DNA of 63,329 bases, counting the filler, from Octopus bimaculoides (Eukaryota): NCBI RefSeq assembly GCF_001194135.2. It is 8 parts of 7 records of this genome, joined end to end, with 100 filler letters (N's around TTAATTAATTAA, not from the genome) between each part and the next. Parts side by side here need not be neighbours in the genome. Positions count along the whole stretch, not along the records: positions 22,303 to 28,985 come from NC_069000.1; positions 29,086 to 37,185 come from NC_068986.1; 6 more parts are not named here. One strand, given 5' to 3'. Both the position numbers and the translations under genes were made by a program. Below the pieces are notes generated by a model. That model was not told the DNA's origin. It did not search any database and worked only from the letters and a program-made list of their open reading frames with translations. Shown in pieces: positions 23,749 through 35,410 of the stretch (positions within the stretch are counted from its first letter, which is position 1; each line of letters starts with the position of its first letter).

Positions 23749-25918
23749 GAGTATGAAGACGAGGAAAGCCCCCGGCCCATCAGAAATCACTGCAGAGATG
23801 TTCAAAATATCTGGTAGTGTCGGATATAGCCTAGTCACCAGTATTGTTAACCAGGTGATGCATGAAGGAGTCATACCCAATGACTGGTGTAGCAGCACCA
23901 TAGTCAACTGCTACAAAGGTAAAGGTGACGCTTTAGATACAAATGATTACAGAGGTATCAAGTTGTTAGATCAGGTAATGAAAGTCACAGAGAGGGTCAT
24001 AGCCCAACTAATTAGGGAGAGAGTCAGTTTAGATGAGATGCAGTTTGGGTTTGTGCCAGGGAAAAGCACCACTGATGCTATATTTCTGGTAAGGCAGCTT
24101 CAGGAGAAATACCTAGCCAAAGATAAACCTCTGTACATGGCTTTCATTGACATGGAGAAAGCCTTTGACAGGGTCCCCCGATTCCTCATCTGGTGGTCAA
24201 TGAGGANNNNNNNNNNGATCAGGTAATGAAAGTCACAGAGAGGGTCATAGCCCAACTAATTAGGGAGAGAGTCAGTTTAGATGAGATGCAGTTTGGGTTT
24301 GTGCCAGGGAAAAGCACCACTGATGCTATATTTCTGGTAAGGCAGCTTCAGGAGAAATACCTAGCCAAAGATAAACCTCTGTACATGGCTTTCATTGACA
24401 TGGAGAAAGCCTTTGACAGGGTCCCCCGATTCCTCATCTGGTGGTCAATGAGGAAACTAGGGATAGAAGAATGGTTAGTGAGAGCTGTGTGAGCCATGTA
24501 CAGAGATGCTGTCAGTAAGGTGAGGGTTGGCAATGAATACAGTGAAGAATTCCGGGTAGAGGTAGGGGTCCACCAAGGTTCTGTCCTCAGCCTCCTCCGA
24601 TTTATCATAGTCCTCCAGGCAATAACACAGGAATTGAAGACGGGATGCCCCTGGGAGCTCCTCTATGCTGACGACCTTGTCCTAATTGCTGAGTCACTAT
24701 CAGAACTAGAGGAGAAGTTTCATGAGTGGGAGCAAGGACTAGAATCGAAGGGCCTTAGAGTCAACCTAGCTAAAACCAAAGTCCTAATAAGTAGGAAGGT
24801 AGACAAAACACAAACCCCTGCTCAATCTGTAGAAAAGGCGTAGGTAGAAACTCTATAAGATGCACTGAGTGCAAGCTAGGGACACATAAGAGGTGCAGCA
24901 ATATCAAAGGAAGGTTAACTAGGAAGTTAGTTTTTGTATGTGGCAGATGTTCAGGAGCAATAAACACTGTAAATGTGCAGAAAACAACTTCTGCCACATT
25001 CCAGAGAGAAAAACTAGACATAGTTGATAGCTTCCAGTTGATAGCTAGGTGACCAAGTTAGTAGTGGGGGTGGGTGCGCTGAAAGTGTAGCTGCTAGAAT
25101 AAGAATAGTCTGGGCAAAGTTCAGAGAGCTCTTACCACTGCTGGTGACAAAGGGTCTCTCTCTCTCAGAGTAAAAGGCAGACTGTATGACGCATGTGTAC
25201 GAACAGCCATGNNNNNNNNNNNNNNNNNNNNNNNNNNNNNNNNNNNNNNNNNNNNNNNNNNNNNNNNNNNNNNNNNNNNNNNNNNNNNNNNNNNNNNNNN
25301 NNNNNNNNNNNNNNNNNNNNNNNNNNNNNNNNNNNNNNNNNNNNNNNNNNNNNNNNNNNNNNNNNNNNNNNNNNNNNNNNNNNNNNNNNNNNNNNNNNNN
25401 NNNNNNNNNNNNNNNNNNNNNNNNNNNNNNNNNNNNNNNNNNNNNNNNNNNNNNNNNNNNNNNNNNNNNNNNNNNNNNNNNNNNNNNNNNNNNNNNNNNN
25501 NNNNNNNNNNNNNNNNNNNNNNNNNNNNNNNNNNNNNNNNNNNNNNNNNNNNNNNNNNNNNNNNNNNNNNNNNNNNNNNNNGTGCGTGAGAAGACCTGGC
25601 AAGCCAAGTGAGATCAAAATCCAAGCCTCTACCAGGGATGTAGCCAGCCCACTTATGCGTACTCCACTTGCAAAGACCTGTTGGGGCAAGCGAAAGCGAA
25701 CTCGTGATGGCACCACCTTCGAGCATGATCGTTACCAGTGTCGCCTTCCTGGCACTTGTGCTGCAGCTTCGCGTCACTGGCATTTGTGCCAGTGGCACAT
25801 GAAAAGTCGTTCGAGTGAGATCATTGCCAGTGTCGCTGGACTGGCTCCTGTGCAGGTGGCATGTAAAATACACCATTTTGAAAGTGGCCGTTGCCAGTAC
25901 CGCCTGACTGGCAACCAT
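23749..25918 (+). mobile_element. 5'-truncated RTE-clade LINE: RT domain, ORF end and most of the 3' UTR (gap 25212-25581)
   Basis: KAPGPSEITAEM...YKGKGDALDTNDYRGIKLL...QFGFVPGKSTTDAIFLVRQLQEKY...AFIDMEKAFDRVPR...GVHQGSVLS...ELLYADDLVL...VNLAKTK, ending VREKTWQAK*. In-frame stops and frameshifts are present. Confidence 0.93.
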
Positions 25919-26124
25919 CTCATTTTAAGCATTATATACGTACACACACACACACAGACACACACATATACATATATACATACACACACACACACACACA
26001 TATATATATATGTATACACATAGACATATATATATTTGCATATATATATACATATACACATATACACACATATATATATATATATATATACATACACACA
26101 CACACACACACACATATATATATT

Positions 26125-26180
<56 letters not shown>

Positions 26181-26188
26181 TATATATA

Positions 26189-27027
26189 CAGGGTGTCCCA
26201 AAAGTCGCTGATGGGTTTCAATTTTCAATAACTTCCTTAACTTTACAAATAAATGCATGAAATTTTGATACAATATAAAGGACATATGAAAAATGACATT
26301 GCTTAAATGGCAGCCATGCTTGGCTTCACACGCCCGTGCTCTTTCCAAAACTTGCACCATAATACCCTAAAGAGTTTCAGATCCCACTCCTCTGGTTTTT
26401 CGATTGATGTCCTCCTTCAGTTGCACCAGGGTCTCCGGTCTGTTGAAGTAAGTAAGCCCTCTCTTTCAGGTACCCCTACAAGAAAAATCAGGGCGAGTCA
26501 AGTCTGGCAAGCATGAAGGCCAGTTGACATTGCCATAGTGGAAGATTATCCTCTCTGCAAAGCACTGCTGTAGCAACTGCATTGTTTCTCTTGCAGTATG
26601 AGCAGTTGCTCCATCTTGCTAGAACCATGTGTGAGGTCTACTGTGAATGGCCTTCAAGTTCCCCAGACTTGATTAGCCCGGATTTTTTTCTGGTGGGGAT
26701 ACCTGAAAGAGAGGGTTTATATTAACAAACTGGAGATCCTGGTGCAACTGAAGAACATCAGTAGAGAAATGAGAGAGGTGGGATCTGAAACTCTTGAGGA
26801 TGTTATGATGCAAGTTTTGGAAAGAGCACAGACGTGCGAAGCTGAAAATGGCTGCCATTTAAGTGATGTCAGTTTTCATATGTGATGTAGTGGTGTAGCA
26901 AAATTTGACTTGTACATATTAATTTCCATTATATCCTTTATATTGTTTCAAAATTTCACACATTTATTTGTAAAGTTAAGGAAGTTATTAAAAACTGAAA
27001 CCCCTCAGTGACTTTTGGGACACCCTG
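26189..27027. mobile_element. Tc1/mariner DD41D (rosa-type) derivative formed from two inverted 3' ends
   Basis: TA-CAGGGTGTCCCAAAAGTC TIRs of about 100 bp. The minus arm reads WF*QDGATAHTARETMQLLQQCFAERIIFHYGNVNWPSCLPDLTRPDF (41 residues between the Asps). The plus arm reads FFLWGYLKERVY...AENGCHL. Confidence 0.85.
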
Positions 27028-27033
27028 TATATA

Positions 27034-27878
27034 CAGGGTGTGGTAAATATATTGTCATGTAAATTACGCAAAAATTAAAATAACACTGACATCTCATTTT
27101 AACACATATATTTACTAAAATTACATAGGAATATCTTGAAATACTAAAGAGCAAATTTATTCAATAAAATTGCCATTGGCTTCAACCACAGCCTCCAGAC
27201 AACTTTGGAATCTCCTGTAACTCTTCTGGGCAGTCTCCTTGTTTAAATTGGTGAATGCTGCCATAATCCTTGCCTTCACTTCATCTTTGTTGGTCTTTTG
27301 CTCAACTACCACCACACATAATAATCAAGGGGGTTGCAGTCTGGGGAGTTAGGTGGCCAGATGTTAGGGGTGATGTGGTCACAGAAATTGTCTGATACCA
27401 TGACTAGGTTCTCCTGCTTGTGTGCAGAGTCCTGTTGCTAGACATAGGGTCTTCCAGCAGCCACCCTCTTGACCTAGAGCAGCATTACTTCCTCCAGGCA
27501 CTTGACATAGGTCTCCGTATTGAGTTTGAGGTTATGTGGGAAGATGAATGGAGGTATAATATTGATATCACTAGTGATCACTCCAAACACCATGATGTTA
27601 AATGAATGTTTGAATTTTATAAATCTCAGCACATTCACTGTCCTCAGATTGAAATCCAAACACTCTGAATGTTCATATTGGTGCTTCTGGCATGAATACG
27701 AAGTACAGCATGTCATTTCCAAATTTCTGGCAGAGTGAATAACGTCATGGTGCTGTTTTTGTCACAGACAATGCCAAACTGACCCTACAATACTTAGTAG
27801 TTGACAAAATCAAAAACAAACAATGCGGATGCGCAAAATTAAAAATATAAAATGGCAACAATTTATCCATTGCACCCT
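27034..27878 (-). mobile_element. Internally deleted Tc1/mariner element (maT/DD37D-like)
   Basis: TA-CAGGGTG termini at both ends. Minus strand reads IMVFGVITSD..IPPFIFPHNLKLNTETYVKCLEEV...RVAAGRPYV*QQDSA...IWPPNSPDCNPLDYYVW. Confidence 0.82.
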
Positions 27879-27920
27879 GTATACATATATGTGCATATAT
27901 ATATAATAATAATAATAACA

Positions 27921-28120
27921 ATAATTCAGACAAATACATAACAAAAACACCAGGACTTACAAATATATATAACATACAGAAAATTGCACTACTGGGCACT
28001 GCACACATTCTACGCAAAACACTTTCAATACAGTAAACATAAGAGCACCACAGCACATACCCAAGGCGCACAGAGCTGCGCTCGGTAGTGAAGTGAAAGC
28101 ACGTTATAAAAATAAAACTA

Positions 28121-28123
<3 letters not shown>
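27921..28123 (+). mobile_element. 5'-truncated R4/Dong-like element embedded in (TAA)n
   Basis: SDKYITKTPGLTNIYNIQKIALLGTAHILRKTLSIQ* plus 3' UTR; (TAA)n at 27903-27920 and 28124-28164. Confidence 0.87.
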
Positions 28124-28164
<41 letters not shown>

Positions 28165-28194
28165 GGATTATTACAAGGTAATAATAATACTAAT

Positions 28195-28328
28195 ATAGCA
28201 TCACATGATGTGGAAGACAACTGGAGGTTTCTACAAGACAACCTGCTGAGAGCCACTGACCAGATCTGCGGATGGTTCAAAGTCCCCTCTTGACCCAAGG
28301 TAATGTGGTGGTGGAACAATGTGGTTGA
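28195..28328 (+). mobile_element. RTE LINE endonuclease-RT linker fragment
   Basis: DVEDNWRFLQDNLLRATDQICGWFK...KVMWWWNNVV matches the W..L...L......ICG...WWN linker motif. Confidence 0.7.
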
Positions 28329-29102
28329 NNNNNNNNNNNNNNNNNNNNNNNNNNNNNNNNNNNNNNNNNNNNNNNNNNNNNNNNNNNNNNNNNNNNNNNN
28401 NNNNNNNNNNNNNNNNNNNNNNNNNNNNCCCTTCTTCTCCAAGCCTGTCTAATTCTGGGCACCCATTTTGCCTTATATGTGTGTATGTATGTATATGTGT
28501 GTGTGTATATGTACATGTATATATATGTATATATGTATGTATGTGCGTATGTGTGTGTGTATGGTGTTTTGTATGTGGATGTATGTGTGTGTGTATGTAT
28601 GTGTATAAGTGTGTGTGTGTGTGTGTGTGTATGTATGGCTTGTGAATTTTGCTTGTCTGTGTATGCATGCTTATGCATGTGAGCGTGCGCATGTGCATGA
28701 ACGTGTGTGCATGTGTGTGTACGGGCGCGCACACGGATGCATGCATGTAAGTAATAGCGTTCTTTTTGCAAAAAGTTTTTAAAATTGTGTTCGGTTTTTG
28801 TAATTGTGAAATTTTTTCGGCATGAACGGTTTGTATTTTTAAACCAAATGTAGTTTTCTGGTGTTATATTTATTTTTCCTAAAGATGTGTAAGGAAATTT
28901 TGATTTATTAAGTCTCTTAATGAATTCTTTATACTGAAATATATATTGAAGATTAATATGTTCATTTAAATATATACGTTTTTGCNNNNNNNNNNNNNNN
29001 NNNNNNNNNNNNNNNNNNNNNNNNNNNNNTTAATTAATTAANNNNNNNNNNNNNNNNNNNNNNNNNNNNNNNNNNNNNNNNNNNNACACACACACACACA
29101 CG

Positions 29103-29138
<36 letters not shown>

Positions 29139-29139
29139 C

Positions 29140-29301
29140 GCGGACTTCTTTCAGTTTCCGTCTACCAAATCCACCCACAAGGCTTTGGTTGACCCGAGGC
29201 TATAGTAGGACACACTTGTCTCAGGTGCCACGCAGTGGGACTGAACCCGGATCCATGTGGTCGGGAAACAAACTTCTTACCACACAACCACTCCTGCGCC
29301 T
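29140..29301 (-). mobile_element. SINE family A, 5' half
   Basis: Reverse complement of the family A head and body. Confidence 0.88.
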
Positions 29302-30369
29302 GTATATATATATATACACACATTAAACACACTCACAGAAAGACATAGGCGCGTGCATTCATTATTCAGAAGCACAAACACAGAGCCGCGTGTGCGCAGA
29401 TATAAATATACATTCTAGCATTCACAATATTATGTGTGTCAAGAATGAAACAGAAAAATAGGAACAGAGATCGATTGCGTTTTGGATAGATATATAGATA
29501 AATAGACAGAGAAATGGGAGGTTAAAAAAATGATTTTACAATTGTAAGAGAATACAGTTTGAATTTTTAATATGAACATATTTTAAAAATGGATTCTGCT
29601 ACATTTAAATAAAAATCTGTTATTTTATATCTGTCTAAAATGTCTATATATGTATATAAGTATGTCTGTTTATCTGCGCATGCGTGATATCTCGAGTTAT
29701 TTCATGCTTTTATTTCTTGATTATCAAATTTATTATTTCTTATCAACGAAAATAATGTACGTGTGCGTTTGTACAAATATGTACAGTTCATACATGAGGC
29801 ATCTCATTTTTCCTCTCTCAGTTTTCACTCATACTACTCTGTGTGTGTGTACGTACGTGCGAGCACACACGCGTATATATGTACATATATATACATACAC
29901 ACACGCACACACAAACACACACACACACACACACACATATGCTCAATTTCATACAGGCACACGAACATGTATATGTTTACAGGTACTTACATACACACAC
30001 ATACATACGTATTAATGCATATATATTAATATACATATATATTATACGTATAAATTATATATATGTATATATATATGTATGTATATATATATATATATAT
30101 ATGTATNNNNNNNNNNNNNNNNNNNNNNNNNNNNNNNNNNNNNNNNNNNNNNNNNNNNNNNNNNNNNNNNNNNNNNNNNNNNNNNNNNNNNNNNNNNNNN
30201 NNNNNNNNNNNNNNNNNNNNNNNNNNNNNNNNNNNNNNNNNNNNNNNNNNNNNNNNNNNNNNNNNNNNNNNNNNNNNNNNNNNNNNNNNNNNNNNNNNNN
30301 NNNNNNNNNNNNNNNNNNNNNNNNNNNNNNNNNNNNNNNNNNNNNNNNNNNNNNNNNNNNNNNNNNNNN

Positions 30370-30404
<35 letters not shown>

Positions 30405-30680
30405 ATATGCATATGTGTATGTATATACGTATATACGTATACATATATATGTATGTACGTATATATATATGTATATACGTATATATTTGTATGTATATAT
30501 ATATATGTACATATATATATATGTATATGTAGATATAGATACATATATATGTATATATATATATATATATGTATATATAAATATATATACATATATGTAG
30601 ATGTATGCATATGTACATATATATGTATGTATATATATATGTATATATATGTACATATATATAATGTATTTATATATATA

Positions 30681-30719
<39 letters not shown>

Positions 30720-31231
30720 CACATGTACATTTGCACATGATTATATTTGCACATTTATATAAATATGAATACTTTTACACATATGTAAATACTCACTCAC
30801 CCAACACTTGTGTATGAATGTAGATTTAAATAAATGCTTCTCTGTTTCTCTGTCTGTCTGCCTGCCTATCTGTCTGTCTGTATGTATATATGTATGTATA
30901 CATGCGTACACGCGGTAGTGTCTTGGTTTATAACCATCTTACGTTTGAATACGTAAATGACATTTAACCTATTTTCAAACCCAGCATTTTCTTGAGAGTT
31001 CAGCACTTATTTCGAAATGTTTTGTTTGTCTTTCCATCTTTTTCGCTCTCTCTCCTCCCCTCTCTCCCTCCCCCTCTCTCACTCCCCACTCTCTCCCTCC
31101 CTCCTCTCTCTCTCTCTCTCTGACACATACACACTCACGTTTAAATACCGATGTATATATTGATGCATATGTATGTGTGTATGTATGTATATATATATAC
31201 ATGCATATATCTATATTCTTTTATTCTCTTA

Positions 31232-31333
31232 TTCTTTTACTTGTTTCAGTCATTTGGCTGCGGCCATGCTGGAGCGCCACCTTTAGTCGAGCAAATCGAC
31301 CCCAGGACTTATTCTTTGTAAGCCTAGTACTTA
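31232..31333 (-). mobile_element. SINE family A, 3' part (runs into a gap)
   Basis: Reverse complement of the family A tail. Confidence 0.88.
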
Positions 31334-31959
31334 NNNNNNNNNNNNNNNNNNNNNNNNNNNNNNNNNNNNNNNNNNNNNNNNNNNNNNNNNNNNNNNNNNN
31401 NNNNNNNNNNNNNNNNNNNNNNNNNNNNNNNNNNNNNNNNNNNNNNNNNNNNNNNNNNNNNNNNNNNNNNNNNNNNNNNNNNNNNNNNNNNNNNNNNNNN
31501 NNNNNNNNNNNNNNNNNNNNNNNNNNNNNNNNNNNNNNNNNNNNNNNNNNNNNNNNNNNNNNNNNNNNNNNNNNNNNNNNNNNNNNNNNNNNNNNNNNNN
31601 NNNNNNNNNNNNNNNNNNNNNNNNNNNGTGTACAAACTCTATACTTGGAATGACCAATTTTAAATACTATTGGAACTTACTCACAAGGTATTGGAATCTT
31701 ATATGCATACCATTCTGCCTAAATAATGGATCTACAGATGCAATATCCCTGCATATCTCACGTTTATTTTCATTCCTCCACTTTACTCTCTGTTTCATAT
31801 ATTATCTAAAATTACTATTGCTTAACCATTTTCTCACGCCGTCTCCGATGAAGGGATCTATAAAATATCCTAGAAACCGATAGAATAACTACTACTAGGC
31901 GGTGCTCCAGCATGGCCGCAGTGAAATGACTGAAACAAGTAAAATAAAAAACTTGCTTC

Positions 31960-32680
31960 CCAACCTTATGATTCCGGCTTCAGTCCTATTGCGTGGCACC
32001 TTGGGCAAGTGTCTTCTACTGTAGCATCGAGCCGACGAAAACCTTGTGAGTGGATTTGGTTCACGGAAACTGAAAGAAGCCCGTCGAATATATATATATA
32101 TAATTATATATATATAATTCCAAGAGAGTTAGAGGTTGTGAATCCAACCAGCTAAGGGATAATATCTATTCAATATACTGGTGGTAGAAGAATACCCAAT
32201 TATTTATACACAAGTGTTTTTTCCTTGCATGGCAATTACATTACCGAGTGTAATAAAATGGGTGAGGGTAAACAGCTGTTTTACCCTTAATTTATACGTC
32301 AATAAGAAAATGGAGGGGATCAAGAGGTGGTATTCATCAACTTTTAGACATTATATGTCTGTTTATTTATTTTTAAAAAAAAGCAATTATAATAATATAC
32401 ATACATATATAACAGATTATGCTTTACATATATAAAAATACCAGTAATTATTGAAATATATAACGTAGAACTTAGAATGTAGTGTGTGTATGTGTGTATG
32501 CGTATGCTTGTGTGTCTGTGTTTGTCCCGGCACCATCGCTTGACAACCAATATTGGTGTGTTTACGTCCCTGTAACTTAGCGGTTCGGCAAAGAGGCCGA
32601 TAGAATAAGTCCTGATGTCGATTTGCTTGACGACAGGCGTTGAACCAGCATGGCCGCAGTCAAATAACGCAAAACAAGTA
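31960..32680 (+). mobile_element. SINE family A interrupted by about 350 bp of unrelated sequence in its internal microsatellite
   Basis: 5' half at 31960-32090 and 3' half at about 32490-32680. Confidence 0.7.
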
Positions 32681-33248
32681 AAACGAAAACAACGAATGAC
32701 TCCTCTGTCCTTTGACAGTTTTTTTAAAATTTTTGGCTAGCAGAGTGTCCACAACACCTTTCGTCACCTGGCAAGATAGGTAGGGGAACTGTGGTTTAGT
32801 CGCCGGCCATCCGATCATAACACAATGGTGCAGGGTTACAAGTAGAACTGTCTTGACCTGACCTAATGTGTGAAAACACATAGATAGATATATAGATATA
32901 CTGAGTGAGAGAGAGATACATTACAAATTAGATACATAGATTGATACATACGTACGTACACACATACATACATACATACATACATACATACAAGGACAGT
33001 TAAAAATGTAACCATGTCCTGGTCTTTTTGAATGAGAGAGACAAATTATAGGAACGACAGTGAGATAAATATAAAGATGGAGAGGACGTGGGTGTATAGT
33101 TAAGAAACTCTCTTTGTAATTACGTGGTTTGGGGTTCAGTCTCTGCGTGGAAACTTGGGCAAGACTATTATAGACTTGGGTTCACTAGTGCCTTGTAAAT
33201 GAATTTGCTTGACGGAAACTGTGTGGAAGCTCGTCGTATATATATATG

Positions 33249-33318
<70 letters not shown>

Positions 33319-33982
33319 TGTGTGTGTCAGTGTGCCCGCCTGCGAGTAGCGTGTATGTGTGTGCTCATTTTTATCATTGTGTTTATACCCCAACCACCTT
33401 TTGAAAAGCGGCGTTTTGTACACGTCTCCTAAATTACCGGTTCGGCGAAAGTGATCGGCAGAAGAAGTAAAACGACCATGGTCGATTTCTTCGACGAAAA
33501 CCTTTCAGAAGCGTTGCCCCAACATGGCCACAGCCCGATGATTGAAACAGATAAAAGAAAAGAGATAAAGAATGAGAGAAGAAAAAAAGCAAAAACAAAA
33601 ACGCTATGCAAAATAAAATAAAATAAAGATTACGAAGGTAAGTTTTACTGCAAGGAAACTAAGATGATTGTATGTAATCCGTGTGTGAGTCAACGAAACT
33701 AAACTTGTATCGAGACAGGCAAGAACTACGGGTTTAAGTTAATCATGAAAATAAATCAATAAAAAATAACATTGGCGTTAATAAATAAAACGTGACCTCA
33801 GTTGAAAAAGGTCAATGCTCTTAAATCGACCTCTGTTTATGAAGCACGTAATAAAATAAATCTGTAATAAAATAAAAACATTAAAATAATTAGTAACTTA
33901 ATTAAGCATGACTTTCTTGAGTCTGGTTTTATGTCTCTGTTGACATATTTGAAGCATTTAGTCTGTGTGTATATTTGCTCTA

Positions 33983-34182
33983 GTGGAGGCGCAATGGCCC
34001 ACTGGTTAAGGTAGCGGTCATAGGATCGCAGTTTCGATTCCCAGACCGGGCGTTGTGAGTGTTTATTGAGCGAAAACACCTAAAGCTCCACGAGGCTCCG
34101 GCAGGGGTTGGTGGCGAACCCTACTGTACTCTTTCACCACAACTTTCTCTCACTCTTTCTTCCTGTTTCTGTTGTGCCTGTA
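33983..34182 (+). mobile_element. SINE family C, 5' half
   Basis: Head through ...GTTGTGCCTGTA; homology stops exactly where the inverted 3' half at 34801-34986 begins. Confidence 0.9.
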
Positions 34183-34800
34183 ACAACAATCAATGGAGTA
34201 CTGGAGAAAAAACATACTTGTTGCACATTTGCTACTTTCATATGCAACATGGTTTCAAATCTGAACAGCGTCAAATTGTTCTTTTTCATTTTTCTTCAAT
34301 GGGGGGGGGGTNNNNNNNNNNNNNNNNNNNNNNNNNNNNNNNNNNNNNNNNNNNNNNNNNNNNNNNNNNNNNNNNNNNNNNNNNNNNNNNNNNNNNNNNN
34401 NNNNNNNNNNNNNNNNNNNNNNNNNNNNNNNNNNNNNNNNNNNNNNNNNNNNNNNNNNNNNNNNNNNNNNNNNNNNNNNNNNNNNNNNNNNNNNNNNNNN
34501 NNNNNNNNNNNNNNNNNNNNNNNNNNNNNNNNNNNNNNNNNNNNNNNNNNNNNNNNNNNNNNNNNNNNNNNNNNNNNNNNNNNNNNNNNNNNNNNNNNNN
34601 NNNNNNNNNNNNNNNNNNNNNNNNNNNNNGGACTAATGGGTCTTAGAGTTCGATGTAACAAAATCATTTCATTGCCCCCACCCCGCATTGAAGAAAAATG
34701 AAAAAGAACAATTTGACGCTGTTCAGATTTGAAACCATGTTGCATATGAAAGTAGCAAATGTGCAACAAGTATGTTTTTCTCCAGTACTCCATTGATTGT

Positions 34801-34986
34801 TGTTGTTGTTGGCACTCCGTCGCTTACGACGTTGAGAGTTCCAGTTGATCCGATCAACGGAACAGCCTGCTCGTGAAATTAACGTCCAAGTGGCTGAGCA
34901 CTCCACAGACACGTGTACCCTTAACGTGGTTCTCGGGGATATTCAGCGTGACACAGTGTGACAAGGCTGACCCTTTGAATTACAGG
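34801..34986 (-). mobile_element. SINE family C, 3' half, inverted relative to its 5' half
   Basis: Minus strand reads CCTGTAATTCAAAGGG...GACGGAGTGCCAACAACAAC. Confidence 0.9.
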
Positions 34987-35039
34987 CCGTTGCACAGTTT
35001 AAGGCCAGCAATGTTTGAGTGGATTGTACAAGACGATTA

Positions 35040-35261
35040 CAATAATCCCCCGCCATATTGCGGTTCACCTATCGCAGTTTATTATTTAATCTTACGTCGA
35101 TTCCTCCGTGGTGCTGTTTTGCATATATAATAAAATAAATATATACAAATTATAAAAATATAAAAAAAAATATAAGTTACAGTACTGTTTCTATTTCGCG
35201 GATTTTCACCTATCGCGGCGGCTTTTGGAATGTAACACTCGCAAAAGTCAAGGGATTACTG
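35040..35261. mobile_element. Tigger/pogo-like MITE, copy 2, inserted at a TA inside a SINE B
   Basis: GACGAT-TA|CAATAATCCC...GGGATTACTG|TA-CATCGACCCC; removing it restores the SINE B motif GTCGATTACATCGACCCC. Confidence 0.85.
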
Positions 35262-35263
35262 TA

Positions 35264-35410
35264 CATCGACCCCCAATACGTGACTGATATTTTATTTTAT
35301 CGACCCCGAATAGATGAAAGGTAAAGCTGACCTCAGCGGGATTTGAACTCAGATGAAAAGCTGCTAAACATTGTGTCTGACGTACGAAAGATTCCGCTAG
35401 GTGGCGCCTG
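35264..35410 (-). mobile_element. SINE family B, degenerate
   Basis: ATCGACCCCGAA..GATGAAAGG..AAG.TGACCTC.GCGG.ATTTGAACTCAG. Confidence 0.8.

Noticed and set aside
23969-24454. 238-bp direct duplication in the RTE RT
   Set aside because: The two copies appear identical and flank a 10-N gap, indicating unmerged contig overlap.
33983-34060. tRNA genes at SINE heads
   Set aside because: A/B-box similarity continues into SINE bodies and no full cloverleaf is supportable.
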